Source: Mobula hypostoma (taxonomy: Eukaryota). Taken from it: a DNA stretch of 64,000 bases. The DNA lies in assembly GCF_963921235.1 (NCBI RefSeq), contig NC_086098.1, forward strand, positions 154,256,001-154,320,000, in the 5' to 3' direction. The translations under genes and the position numbers were made by a program. Positions within the stretch are counted from its first letter, which is position 1, and each line of letters starts with the position of its first letter. Below are positions 25,030 through 38,399 of this stretch, piece by piece. The notes below the pieces were generated by a model, which saw nothing but the letters and a program-made list of their open reading frames with translations, had not been told where the DNA came from and made no database searches.

Positions 25030-26900
25030 TTCTTTCTTTTTCAATCTTTTTATTAGTTTTATAAAGATACAAACATAACATGGTAGTAGTACAAAGTTTA
25101 TGGGAATACATTGTTATAATTAACATGAGTGATTATAAAGCCAGATACAGTAATACTTAAATGATAAAACTCCAAATAATATAGGATACAAATGAATAAT
25201 ATGAAACAAAGAAAAATATCTAAAAAAAATCATGAAAAAGGAAAAAAAAATACCCCCCCCCCCCAAAAGAAAACTAATCAAAACAGAATTAATCAACTAA
25301 ACTAAAAAAAAGACCTGGACTGTTTTAACATTGTAAAAAATGAGAGAAAAGAAAACCTTAGTGTCGACGACTCCGTTCCACTCAACCAAAATTACAGAGA
25401 AGTAAACTAAATTTGGAAATAGTCAACTTACATCATATGAAAATACTGAATAAACAGCCTCCAAGTCTTTTTGAATTTAATGGAAGGGTCATAAACAACA
25501 CTTCTAATTTTTTCCAAATTTAAACACAAAATAGTTTGTGGAAACCAATGGAATATGGTAGGAGGGTTAATCTCTTTCCAATTCAGCAAAATAGATCTTC
25601 TAGCCATTAAAGTAAGAAATGCGATCATCTGACGAGCTGAAAAGGTTAACTGATTAGATATCATCGGTCATCCAAAAATAGCAGTAATTGGGTGAGGTTG
25701 TAAATCTATATTCAGAACCATTGAAATAATATCAAAAATATCTTTCCAATATTTTTTCAACAAAGGACATGACCAAAACATGTGAGTTAAAGAAGCTATC
25801 TTGAAGTGACATCTATCACATATAGAATTTATATAAGAGTAATAACCAGGTAATTTATCTTTGGACATATGAGCCCTGTGCAGTACTTTACACTGTATCA
25901 ACGCATGTTTAGCACATATAGAAGAAGAATTAACTAATTAAAGAATTTTTTCCCATTTTTCAATTGGTACAGTGATCTTAAGTTCTCTATCCCAATCAAT
26001 TTTAATTTTATTAGATACATCAGGACATAAATTCATAATATATTATAAATAATTGCTACAACACCTTTCTGAGAAAGACTTAAATCTAAATTTTTTTCCA
26101 AAATATCCATTGGATATAAGTGTGGAAAATTAGGAGAAACAGAAAATAAAAAGTTTCTGACCTGTAGATATCTAAAAAAGTGAGACCTAGGTAAATTATA
26201 TTTAATAGATAGTTGATTGAAGGACATAAAACAATTATCCAAAAATAAATCACGAAATCGTACTAGGCCTTTGATTCTCCAATCTAAATAAGCTTGATCC
26301 ATAATGGAAGGATGGAAAAAGAAATTAGGTATATCTGTAATAGGATTTGCTAAAATAAATTGGTTCAACCCGAAAATTTTCGAAATTGAAACCATATATG
26401 TAAGGTATGCTTAACTATTGGATTATTCACTTGTTTATACAATTTAGAAAGAATGAAAGGAAGCGAAGTCCCTAAAACAGAACCCAATGAAAACCCCTGT
26501 AACGAATTACATTCAAGATTTACCCAATGTGGACATGAAATTGCATTCAAGTCTTGTAACCAAAATTTTAAATCGAATATTAATTGAATATCCAATAGTA
26601 GAATCTGAAATTCGGGAGCGCTAGCCCCCCCTCTTTTTTAGATTTCTGTAAATGCCTTTTACTTAGCCTAGGGTTTTTGTTCGGCCATACATATGAAGAA
26701 ATTTTTGGATCAACATTATCAAAAAAAGATTTTGGAATAAAAATTGGAACCGATTGAAATACATATAGAAATTTAGGCAAAATAATCATCTTAATAGCAT
26801 TGATCCGACCGATCCGAGACAAAGAGATTGATGAATATTTAGTAAACAAAAGTTTAATCTGATCAATTAAAGGTAAAAAAATTAGCTTTAAATAAATCTT
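25030..26900 (-). mobile_element. Decayed 5'-truncated L1 (ORF2 3' part), related to the intact L1 at 46-52 kb
   Basis: Broken ORFs RINAIKMIILPKFLYVFQ, FKVLHRAHMSKDKL-like, CDRCHFKIASLTHMFWSC, CLNLEKIRS; A-rich tail at about 25030. Confidence 0.9.
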
Positions 26901-26989
26901 CCATGAAAGATTTCTGCTTTTCCTCCAGAAGAAGTTGCCAATCTACCAACTTTCCAACATGAAACAATAAACTGCCAATAACTGCCAGA

Positions 26990-29900
26990 GTTAGGAAGGA
27001 AGTTGAGAAGCAGGACCTCAAAGGTAGTAATCTCGGGATTACTGCCTGTGCCACATGACAGTGAGTATAGGAATAGAATGAGGTGGAGGATAAATGTATA
27101 GCTGAGGGGTTGGAACAGGGGGGCAGGGATTCATATTTCTAGATCATTGGAACCTCTTCTGGGGCAGGCGTGACCTGTACAAAAAGGACGGGTTGCACTT
27201 GAATCTGAGGGGGACCAATATCTTGGCGGGGAGATTTGCAAAGGCTAATGGGGAGAGTTTAAACTAGAATTGTTGGAGGGTGGGAACCCAACTGAACTGA
27301 TGGAGGAAAGGGAGGTTGGCTCACAAATAGAGAAAGCTTGGAGATAGTGTGAAAGGGAGGATAGGCAGGTGATAGAGAAGGGATGCGCTCAGACCAATGG
27401 TTTAAGATGTGTCTATTTTAAATCGAGGAGTATTATGAATAAAGTGGATGAGTTTAGAGCGTGTATCTGCACTTGGAGCAATGATGTTGTGGCCATTACA
27501 GAGACTTAGATGGTGCAGGGGTAGGAATGGCTACTTCAAGTGCCAGGCTTTAGATGTTTCAGCAAGGCCATGGAGGGAGGCAATAGAGGTGGGGGCATGG
27601 CACTGATGATCAGAGATTGTGTCGTGTGCAGAAAAGGAGGAAGCCATGGAAGGGTTGTCTACGAAGTCACTGTGGGTGGAAGTTAGGTATAGGAAGGGGT
27701 CAATAACTCTACTGGGTGTTTTTTATAGACCACCCAATAGTAACAGGGACATCGAGGAGTAGATAGGGAGACAGATTCTGGAAGGGAGTAATAATTACAG
27801 AGTTCTTGTGGTGGGGGATTTTAATTTCCCAAATATTGATTGGCATCTCCATAGAGTGAGGGGTTTAGATAGGGTGGAGTTTGTTATGTGTGTTCAGGAA
27901 GGTTTCTTCACACAATATGTAGATAAGCCTACAAGAGGAGAGGCTGTACTTGATCTGGTATTGGGAAATGAACCTGGTCAGGTGTCAGATCTCTCAGTGG
28001 GAGAGCACTTTGGAGATAGTGATCACAATTCTATCTTCTTTACCATACCATTGGAGAGGGAAACGTTTAATTGGAGTAAGGAGAGGTATGAAGCTATCAG
28101 GCAGGAACTTGGAAGCATAAATTGGAAACAGAAGTTCTTAGGGAAATGTATGGAAGAAAAGTGGCAAATGTTCAGGGGACATTTGTGTGGGGTTCTGCGT
28201 ATATACCTACCAGTGAGACAGGAAAGGGATGGTAGGGTACAGGAACCGGGGTGTACAAAGGCTGTTGTAAATCCAGTCAAGAAGAAAAGAAGAGTTTATG
28301 AAAGGTTCAAAAAACTAAGACTGACAGAGATCTAGAGGATTATAAGGCTAGCAGGAAGGTGCTTAAGAATGAAATTGGGAGAGCTAGAAGGGGCCATGAG
28401 AAGGCCTTGGCGGACAGGATTAAGGAAAACCCCAAGGCATTCTACAAGTATGTGAATTGCAAGAGGACAAGACATGAGAGAATAAGACCAATCAAGTGTG
28501 ACAGTAGAAAATTGTGTATGGAACTGGAGGAGATGACAGGGGTACTTAAAGAATACTTTGCTTCAGAATTCACTGCAGAAAAGGATCTTGGCGATTTTAG
28601 GGATGACTTGCAGTGGACTGAAAAGCTTGAGCATGTAGATATTAAGGAAGAGGATGTGCTGGAGCTTTTGGAAAGCATCAAGTTGGATAAGTCACCGAGA
28701 CCGGATAGGATGTACCCTAGACTACTGTAGGAAGCAAGGGAGGAGATTGCTGAGCCTCTGGTGATGATCTTTGCATCATCAATGAGGATGGGAGAGGTTC
28801 TGGAGGATGGAGGGTTGTGGATGTTGTTCCCTTTTTCAAAAAAGGCAGTTATGAGAGCCCAGGAAATTATAGACCAGTGAGTATTACCTCAGTCGTTCGT
28901 AAGTTGATGGAGAATATCCTGAGAGGCAAGATTTATGAACATTTGGAGAGGCATAATATGATTAGGAATAGTCAGCTTGGCTTTGTCAAAGGCAGGTCAT
29001 ACCTTATGAGCCTGACTGATTTTTTTTGAAGATGTGACTAAACGCATTGATGAAGGTAGAACCAGAGATATGGATTTTAGCTAAGCATTTGAGAAGGTAC
29101 CCCATGCAAGGCTAATTGAAAAATATAAGGAGGCATGGGATCCAAGGGGACATTGCTTTGTGGATCCAGAACCAGCTTGCCCACAGAAGGCAAAGAGTGA
29201 TTGTAGACGGGTCACATTCTGCATGGAGGCTGCTGACCAGTGGTGTGCCTCAGGGATCTGTTCCGGGACCCCTACTCTTCGTGATTTTTATAAATGACCT
29301 GGATGAGGAAGCAGAAGGATGTGTTAGTAAATTTGCTGATGACACAATGGTTGGGGGTGTTGTGGATAGTGTGGAGGGCTGTCAGAGGTTACAGCGGGAC
29401 ATTGATAGGTTACAAAACTGGGCTGAGAAGTGGCAGATGGAGTTCAACCCAGATAAGTGTGAGGAAGTTCATTTTCGTAGGTCAAATATGATGGCAGAAT
29501 ACAGTATTAATGGCAAGACCCTTTGCATTATGGAGGATCAGAGGGATCTTGGGTCCATGTCCATAAGACACTCAAAGCTGCTTCGCAAGTTAACTCTGTG
29601 GTTAAGAAGGCATACAGTGCATTGGCCTTCATCAATCGTGGGATTGAGTTTAGGAGCCGAGAGGTAATGTTGCAGCTATATAGGACCCTGGTCAGACCCT
29701 ACTTGGAGTACTGTTCTCAGTTCTGGTCCCCTCACTACAGGAAAGATGTGGAAACCACAGAAAGGGTGCAGAGGAGATTTACAAGGATGTTGTCTGGATT
29801 GGGGAGCATGCCTTATGAGAATAGGTTGAGTGAACATGGCCTTTTATCCTTGGAGCGATGGAGGATGAGAGGTGACCTGATAGAGGTGTACAAGATAATG

Positions 29901-30230
29901 AGAGACATTGACTATGTGGATAGTCAGAGCCTTTTTGCCAGGGCTGAAATGGCTAGCACAAGAGGGCATAGTTTTAAGGTGCTTGGAAATAGGTACAGAG
30001 GAGATGTCAGGTGTAAGTTTTTTACACAGAGAATGGTGAGTGCCTAGAATGGGCTGCAGGTGGTGGATACAATAGGGTCTTTTAAGAGCCTCCTGGATGG
30101 ATACATGGAGCATAGAAATATAGAGGGCTGTGGGTGAGCCCACGTAGTTCTAAGTAAGGACAAGCTCGGCAAAGCTTTGTCGGCCGGAGGGCCTTTATTG
30201 TGCTGTAGGTTTTCTATGTTTCTATGATAT
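26990..30230 (+). mobile_element. Decayed CR1 LINE: end of ORF1 (esterase-like) plus nearly complete ORF2
   Basis: VISGLLPVPH...KKDGLHLN in the ORF1 remnant; VVGDFNFPNIDW, GDSDH, PQGSV, KFADD in ORF2; tttctatg tail. Confidence 0.9.
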
Positions 30231-33200
30231 ATGGGTTGGATGATCTGCCACGTTAAAACACTACTTCAATATATCAGGCAAGGTAACTGTGTCAATTATA
30301 ACGGGGCCCTAAAAACGAACCCATGACTTTTGCAGCCATAAGTTTATTTTATGGGAAAAGTGGGAGAGAGCGTGGTCTGTTTAACCCACCCGAACCCTGT
30401 ACTGCCGCCTCACCAACCCTAGATTAGCTTTCTGCGCTGTTTGCTCATGGTGGGGTGTAAACGTGTCGGCGCGTCTTAAAATGTATTTATGGTGGGTTAG
30501 GAGTCTGAATGTGGCAGAACATGCAGGGGAGCAATGCTTTATGATTTACCTGCCAGAATTATAATGTCGAGTAGACAATGGAAGATGGGAAGCTGAAAAG
30601 CTGAAAAAAAATGGAACGGATGAATTGGAGAATAATAAAATTAGTAATGAATGATTCGGTAGCCAGTGATTTGAGATTGTGCTCGAAGAGGCAAATTTAT
30701 AACAGCAGAATTAAATTGAATTGAAACATTGCTCTGCGTTAAATAATTGGCTGAAATATCCTTCATTTACACTTCACACTTCTTAGTCACTTTAACAACA
30801 ATCCTCGCAGGTAGCCAGAGCATATTGCACTCCATGGCGAGAACTTTCGCAGTCGGAGGATGGTATAAAACAGAGTTGAGGTATTGTGACCTTTTTGTGT
30901 CTCTTGCTCTGACTAACAACAAAGCAACACCTTTCGTGAGAACTCCAGTAAGTAGAAGCACTGCAGTAGAACTGTTGCAATTTCACCAACTTTACTAGAC
31001 TTCCTTTATTCACACCTTTGAGCGGATACATACCACCAATTTCCGTAAAAAGCAACAACTATTCTGCCGATACATTGCAAAGACAATTTTGAGATACATT
31101 CCTTGCATTAATCTCCCATCATTTTTAACCACATTCTTTGTCCGTTTAGCATTTTGCCCGATTTTAAACAGCACTCTTTCTTTCCTTTACCAGCGGTCAG
31201 ATCTAATTGCTAACCTGATACGTACATTGGACGAGCAGCTCTGCCACCAGCCGATTGGAAGACAGTCGCGGCGGTGGGATCGCTGGGTAGCCGCTGACTC
31301 CTTGACCGTGCGGCCTTCGCAGCAAAAATCAATTCCTATGTGTACCACTGGATGCTTAAATCGCCAGTTATTTGTTCGGTGTTATTTCTAACATCCACAG
31401 TTTTATTTATCTGATAAAATTGCCGAGGCTGAGCTGAAACAAGTAACGCATATTTAAAACAGAAACTTGCGAAATACGATGTTTCAAGACGCTAACTGGG
31501 AATAAAGTGCGAGAAATAGGTGAATAGAGGGAGGTGAGAAGATTAGGGGCTGAGCGACGAAGTGAGGGGCGGTTGTAGTACTCACGGACGATAGGTTCGT
31601 TGAGTAGGGGAGATTGGGGGACAGGTTGGAAAGTTGGGTGAATGCTTGGGGATTCAGGAGAAGGATGGCGAGATCTGGCCATAGAAGGGAAGATTTGGGG
31701 ATGGGTCAGTAAAGTTGGGATATGGATTTGGAGGAATGATTGGTAGATCTGGAGACTAAAATGACACTCTGGGGAGTAGTTCTGGTTAATGGGGGCATCA
31801 GTGAGGTGAGAGGATGCTCTTCATGAGCGGGAAAGGTGAGAGAAGACATTCCAGGAATCCTAAAACATACTATAGGAAACGGATCACAAATGAAACATCT
31901 TGAAAAAGCAAGAAAGTGTAAAGTTTCCATGATTTTCTTCTGCGTTCCTCTTGCATTCATAGCCAAATAATTCCCTGGATAAAGAAAACATTAACGTTAT
32001 GCAGCCAGTGAACTGAGGAGTTAATTTGCTCCAGAAGAGTAAAATAGTTTGCAAAAGAAAAAGCGGTATTTGTCTAATTATAGGACATCGTTAAGAGTGA
32101 AGCTGGACCGGCAGGAAATAAATTTCTACTAAGATTCATTTCAATGCAGTTTTAGTTTCACCAGATACTGCAAATCCCGCACAGACAACAAGGATCTGAA
32201 GTAGATTTAAATTGGTGGGATAATTAAGACTGTTCATTGGAGAGAACAGTTGCATCGAGGAGAGGATAATTTTGAGTAGTGTCCAGACAACGCCGACGAT
32301 ATCCCAGCAGCTAAATGCTTTATGAGCAGAGAAAAGTTGTAATCCCTGCCGGACAGACATAGGATATGGGAAGAGTATTGGGTAACAAGCGAGTAGCTCA
32401 ACAGATAGTGTTTCTGTCTCATCGACTGCCGATTTACAGTAGTCCTATAACAATCCCATTTTTTATTGTTGTTCTCACATTCGCGTTCTCTCTCCGCTAC
32501 CCATCCCCAATTCATCTACGCTTTCAGGAAAATTATAGTGGTAATGAACCTCACAAGCCGCACGTCTTTAGAAGAAAAGAAGAAAGCGGAGCACCCACGG
32601 GGAGAGCTTGCAAACTCCGCAGAGTCAGGGTCAGAGGTCAGATTTCAACTCAGTTCTCTGGCGTTTATGGAAGAGCCTCTACTCGGTGCATCTATATAAA
32701 AATTAAATAATTAGGTTAGGGTGCATAACATACAAGAATTGCTATGACTGTATGGGCCAGAAGCAAATTGAAGGCGTTAGGCCACAGACTGCGGTGGCAT
32801 TTTTCTGCTTGTAATGTCTGTGGGTAAATTTATCCGATCACCGCTATTTGCACGCAAATACCTATCGAGTCTGAATCTGTGTGAAAGCGCCGTGTTAATG
32901 TGGAAGTGCTAGTCGAGTAACAGTATCTGGCAAGGAAGGAGTTAGAAAGTAGTGATGAGATTTAAGTAATTTTAAAATATCGACGGGGCCTGGAACTGCA
33001 ACAGTTTCGAGGCGAAGGAGGTGTAGCTGCTGGCTTCAGCTGAACCAATAAGTGCAGGGAGATTTCTGTCTCCTAGTTTTGGTTTCAGGGTATTGGTGAT
33101 GTGTGCGTGGGTGTAGGTTTATCAGTATCTGGTGACCGCGGAGAGCCTGGTAGTGGAAGGCTGCCATTTTGCTTTCCCGTTTATAAACTTAGACCGCGGG

Positions 33201-34703
33201 GTCAGAACAGATTTCGCGACTTGAGCACGGAAGTAGTCACTCACCGTTCTGATGAAGGATCGCAGACCCGAAACTTTGACCGTTTCTCTTGCCATCGAGT
33301 TGCCGGACCTATTGGATCCCTTCCCCAAACCCCAGTGAGCATTTTGTTTTTTTTTTAGCTCAGGTTTTCAGCATCTGGAGTTTTTCTTGTGATTTTCACT
33401 CTCTGTCGGCACGGAACTCTAGATTCAGGAATTTACATTCTCATTAATCAGGGAGTGTTTAATTCAAAGTTCAAAGCAAATTTATTATCAATGCACATAT
33501 ATGTCACAACATACAACCTTGAGAATCATTTCCTAAATAATACTAAATAAACCTATAGAGTAGTAACCATAATGAGTCAATGAGAGACCGCCCAACTAGG
33601 GAGATCAATCAGAGTGCAGAAGGTAACAAACTGCATAGAAAAATAAGAAATAGAATTCATAAATATTTAACAATACATATCGAGAACATGAGATGACTAG
33701 TGAGCCCATTGGTCATGGGAACATTTCAAAAATGGTACAAGTGAAGCTGGGTGAAGTCATTCTCTTTGGTTCAAGAGCCTGATGATTGAGGGATAGTAAC
33801 TGCTCCTGAAACTGGTGGTATGAGTCTTGTGGCTCCATTTCCTTCTTCCTGGCGGCAGCAGCGAGAGGAGAGCATGTCCTGTGTGGTGGGTCTCACTGAT
33901 GTTGACGGGGATCGATGTCGTTGCTATTTGACGCGGATTACAGGTTAATGTGAAACCTCAACATAGACATACCTCCGTGAAACGAGGCAGGCGGCAATCT
34001 ATAGAACAATCCTTCCCCATTGAACATTAGTCTCCGGCTCTCACATTTCACAGATGCTTGGTTCAAGACCGAGCGCCATTCGTGTCAGGAAGTACAATAG
34101 TACAATTATAAATTAGACTGGAAATTTCCCATGCCTGGCCAGTCACGTTACGGCATTTTCAATAAAATCAAGAATATTGGGCATGTTCATTTTATCAGAC
34201 GGTACTTTCAGAGTGAGGAACAAAGCAAAAGCACCAAGGTTCATGACCTTTCATCAGAACTGAAATTCAGCTTTAAGGTGTTACGGAGCAAAAGGTGGTG
34301 AAAACAGCAAATGGTTCTCAGAGGGCGAACTGATTAAAATGCAAAATGTTATGATGATGCATGGCAAGGGAGATAACAGCCAAGCTTCGCTTGTAACACA
34401 ATCTATCTAACACACTACACGCCTTCAGCGATTTCTGATTTCATTGCAGATTCCCAGAATCTATTTGCTTTGCTGGTCAAAGTCCTGTCGGAAGCGGTGA
34501 TCGCGAGTTGCAGTTGCTGGAAGGAGGGTGTCCGAACATCAGCCTAAATTTTCTCTTTACGCAGCACTTGGGAGTAAACTACACACATTTCATCCTCATC
34601 TCCGCTCTGTGCCTTGGGGGCTGCTTTACAGATTTTCAAAGCTGCATATTCTGCCTGTAGGTATAGGGAATAGTGACAGTTTCATTGCCTTTTATCACAC
34701 TCA

Positions 34704-34705
<2 letters not shown>

Positions 34706-34744
<39 letters not shown>
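34706..34744. repeat. (CA)n microsatellite
   Basis: About 19-20 uninterrupted CA units. Confidence 0.97.
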
Positions 34745-34746
<2 letters not shown>

Positions 34747-35322
34747 ATATATCTACTTATCCATCCATACATACATAAATAGATAGATGATTGATTAGTC
34801 TTTACAAATTCTAGCAATTTAGTCCTGTCATGGCTGTGATCTGGAATGTAGCAGTAAGCACATTTCCAGACAATGCTAACTCGCCTTTATAACATGTCTG
34901 TCCTTCACCCTTTACCTATATAATTATTATTCAAAGCGACATAATTTGTTTCCGCATCTCTGATGGTATAAAGAGTAACTCCATTCTTCCTCTAATTTCT
35001 TTGTGGCCTAGTCAGATACCCAGTTCTCATATCCCTCCATTTCCCTACACATTGGGTCCAAATTACACTGGCCAGTTAATCTCTGGGTTGCGGAAGGGTG
35101 ACAGAACACCCAGAGGATTCCGACACAGTCAGAGGGAGAATGTCCAAAGTCTAAAGGTACAGCAGCAGAACACAAGTCGCAGGAGCTGTGAACCAGCAGC
35201 TCTACCACAAGAGCTATTGTGTCATCTTGAACAGGACATCTACCCTTAATTGTTTATCGGTCCAGTAAGTCCCACATAGCTCGATATCTAGCTGTCTGTT
35301 TCCTCAGTTCGCTTGAAATATT

Positions 35323-35481
35323 TTATTGTGTAAGACAGCATACCGTCTCTGCTGAAATATGGGTAGTATTTTTTATCACAGGATGAGAATAAACGACTTC
35401 CAAAGCTGCGTTGTGCGAGGCTTCCGCCACTGTTGCAGAAGATAAAGTCGCATACATTGATCTTTCAGGTCCTGAAATTTC
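35323..35481 (-). CDS. Last coding exon: cytoplasmic tail with ITIM-like SMYATL and a second Tyr motif VVYSHP
   Basis: Strong acceptor ttctgttggtttctccaag|GAA (phase 0); 52 aa plus TAA; AATAAA overlaps the stop (35322-35327). Confidence 0.75.
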   Translation of the reverse strand, partial: EISGPERSMYATLSSATVAEASHNAALEVVYSHPVIKNTTHISAETVCCLTQ

Positions 35482-35987
35482 CTTGGAGAAACCAACAGAA
35501 TCAATAAATATATTAATTACATTGAGATCCAGTGATGTAGAAGTGCCTAAAATGTTATCGGAAGATATATATATGTCTACTGTATAGACTCGTTTGCTTT
35601 AACAGTAATCTATATTTCATTAAAAGTTACTCAATGGTAGTTCGCTGTCATACATTTAATAGGATTTCTCAATTTATTACATCTAGTTTATGCCTCGTAC
35701 TTTTCTTGTTTTTTTGTTTCGATTTAATACGGGTATTTCTAATTTTGTCAATCACTGTCAAATTTTATATAACATTTCCCCATATTATTGCCTTTCCCTA
35801 AATTCAACCTAATTGCCAGAATATCAACAAACCCATTCTCTTTGCGCAATATGAGGTAGAAATTATTCTGTAGCCTGGCTAAGTCCTCAAAAGTGTGTTT
35901 TCTTCATACCAACGTTGACAATATTGCTTATCCAGTCTATTTGCTTTGTCTTGTTTTTCAATTTCTGTTTCTCCTATCAGCTGTTGT

Positions 35988-36997
35988 TGTCATAAGTGGG
36001 CCATTGGTGCCGGACCCAAATGCAAGACACAGACACTGAAGTATTTGGAACAGGACAAGGACTCAGACTAGGAGCTGGGACAGGAACACAGACTTGGGCT
36101 AGGACTTGGCTAGGAAAGCGTGACCTGGCCGAGAAACAAGGAACTTGGAACCTGGCCAAGTACTCCGAGCTAGAGACTGGACAGTGACCCGGAACCTGGG
36201 TCTTGACTCAGGCTCAGACTCCGGATCCAGGTGAGGAAAAGACATGACAGGGCAACAGGACTGGACGTGACGGCAGGACGCGGGACTCCTGGGCAGGAAG
36301 CGGGACCAGAACTGAATGAGGACACGAAGCTAAGACTTGGTCTTGGGAGACAGGAATGCAGAACAGAGAGCCTTCGTAATCTTGGGAGACAGGAACGCAG
36401 AACACAGAACCTTGGTAATCTTGGGAGACAGGAACATGGAACACAGAGCTGGGACCCCCTTCTTGGGAACAGGACGTAGAGCCGGGACTCATACACAGAA
36501 TGCTGAACACTACAAGACGCTTCACAACACAAGATAGCGGCAAACGGCTGGACCTACCTAGCGAAGGCAGAGACACAGAGATGGTTCCCAACACAAGGTA
36601 ACAGCAAACGGCCAGACCTGCCTAGCAAAGGTGTGGACATAAAGAGACAGTTCCAAACAACAAAAAGACAGTTCCTTATCTAGACACCGCAAGGCTCTGG
36701 TCTTGCTCCGGCAGTAGAAATTGACAGTGATACAGGGGAGGACGCAGGCGAGGCTGCAGGCAACGCTTCAGGCAGATCTTGCAGGCAAGGCTTCAGGAGG
36801 AAGGTGAAGGGAAGGGAAGGGAACAGTCCAGCAACTGAAGCTGAACCCAGAAGCTGTTTATGTACCCAGCCCAAAAAGAGAGTCATGTGCCTCAGTTAAG
36901 GCACCAACAGAACAAGGGAAAATTGGCAAACCCGGAATAAGGATCGCTGAACCTGTCCATGAACCGGAACGCAGACTTCACGGACCGGACCATGACA
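35988..36997 (-). mobile_element. Solo-LTR-like element (TGTCAT...ATGACA)
   Basis: Short inverted termini; flanks gttgt/gttga (near 5-bp TSD); internal sequence is the reverse complement of parts of 55566-56891. Confidence 0.7.
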
Positions 36998-37232
36998 GTT
37001 GACCATCGATTTAGTATATCAAAACGATAAATGTTCCAAGAAAATATTTTGGAGTTAATTCAAATATAACGCTGCTTTTAATGAATATGTCATATTTCCA
37101 AATATGATTGAAAACAACGAAAACGCTGAAGAAAACCAACTAATAATCCTTGTTTTGTGAAGTACGGATATAGCACTTTGTTTACACAAAAATGCACAGT
37201 ATACAAAGCAACATGGTGGTGTTAAACAGTAC

Positions 37233-37282
37233 CTGCAGAGTTGTTGCAGGAGCCGAGTTACCGTGCACAATTGACTGAATTT
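37233..37282 (-). CDS. Short cytoplasmic exon (candidate)
   Basis: Acceptor ttttgtaatttcag|AA; 50 nt encoding (Q)IQSIVHGNSAPATTLQ; donor CAG|gtactg. Converts phase 1 to phase 0, as needed to join the TM exon to the last exon. Confidence 0.62.
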
Positions 37283-37739
37283 CTGAAATTACAAAATAAC
37301 CAGGGAGATTTCTAAGTAACGTTATGCCAAGACTGCAAATGCAATTACACTTATCCTTCGTAAAAGCATAATTCCAACACGGAAGCATTCTCATGTTTCA
37401 TAACTCTAGATTGGCCACAGAGGTATAGGAGAATCAAAGCTATTCATAATTCTGTACATTATGAATCAAGAACGTTTGCAGCATGAATGCGTGCAGGAAA
37501 AGCATAGTCATGTGTCAAACAGTAGTAAGCATTTGAGTGCAATAGATTGTAATATACAGTAAATTAACTGATATTTACTGAGAAATACTCTACCACAGCG
37601 GAGAGCAGGGTTAAAGGTCAGCACGCCTTCGAGGGCCAAGGAGTTTGTATTGTGTTCTATGTTCTAAATTGTGTAATGTTACATGCAGCAATAGAGTAGA
37701 TTATCACAGCATATATCAAATTATATTACTGAGGCTCAT

Positions 37740-38330
37740 TAGATAGATAAATACTTTATTGATCCCAAAGGAAATTACAGTGTCACAGTAGCTTTGCAAG
37801 TGCACAGATATAAATATTACAAGAGAAGTAGAAAGTATATAACCTCAAACACTCTAACAGGAGGAGGTCATCACTTCCCTGTCCATAGGTTGAGTCATTA
37901 TAGTCCTAATGGCTGAGTGTAAGAATGGCCTCATACAGTGTTCTTTGGGGCAGCGCAGTTGTCTTAGTCTATTACTAAAATTGCTCCTCTGTTCAACTAA
38001 AATGGCATGCATAGGCTGAGAAACATTGTCCAGAAATGCCAGGATTTGCCGTAGGGCCTTTGTTCTACCACAGCCTCCAGTGTGTACAGCTTGACTCCTA
38101 TAACAGAGCCTACCTTTCTAATCAGTTTATTGAGCCTGTTGGCATCACCCGCGATAATACTATTGCCCAGCATAGAAGATGGTACTGGCGACAACAGACT
38201 AGTAGGACATGTGAAGGAGAAGCCTGCACACTCTAAAAGACCGCAGTCTCCTTAGGAAGTAGAGGCGACTCTGGCCCTTGTACACATCCTCTAGGTTGGT
38301 TCTCCACTCAAGTCCGTTATCCATGTGCAC
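37740..38330 (-). mobile_element. Rex1/Babar-type LINE 3' fragment, same family as 9790-10700
   Basis: DANRLNKLIRKVGSVIGVKLYTLEAVVE; DNA matches 9800-10300. Confidence 0.82.
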
Positions 38331-38399
38331 ACTGGATAATCGCACACTACTTTTCACATTGGTAACTTTAACTCAGTCTAACACACACTGAATCAATGG

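Noticed and set aside
32500-32690. 114-aa ORF 32366-32710 with a hydrophobic stretch
   Set aside because: Its 3' half is a decayed SINE-like repeat also seen near 9100-9190 and 35040-35220.
34428-34546. Plus-strand Lys-containing hydrophobic stretch (NLFALLVKVLSEAVIASCSCW) after an AG
   Set aside because: Short, contains Glu, and no supporting plus-strand Ig exon was found upstream; likely chance.
35521-35546. Possible 26-nt phase 1-0 mini-exon (GTSTSLDLN)
   Set aside because: It would leave an intron of only about 39 nt before the last exon, too short for a vertebrate; 37233-37282 fits better.
35420-35585. Plus-strand peptide with ITIM-like VAYIDL
   Set aside because: It is the antisense shadow of the minus-strand last exon, which has a better acceptor, matching phase and a poly(A) signal.
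36170-36594. Overlapping repetitive ORFs here and at 56013-56839
   Set aside because: They are translations of short degenerate repeats within the solo-LTR-like elements. The repeats are irregular with no unique spacers, so this is not a CRISPR-like array.
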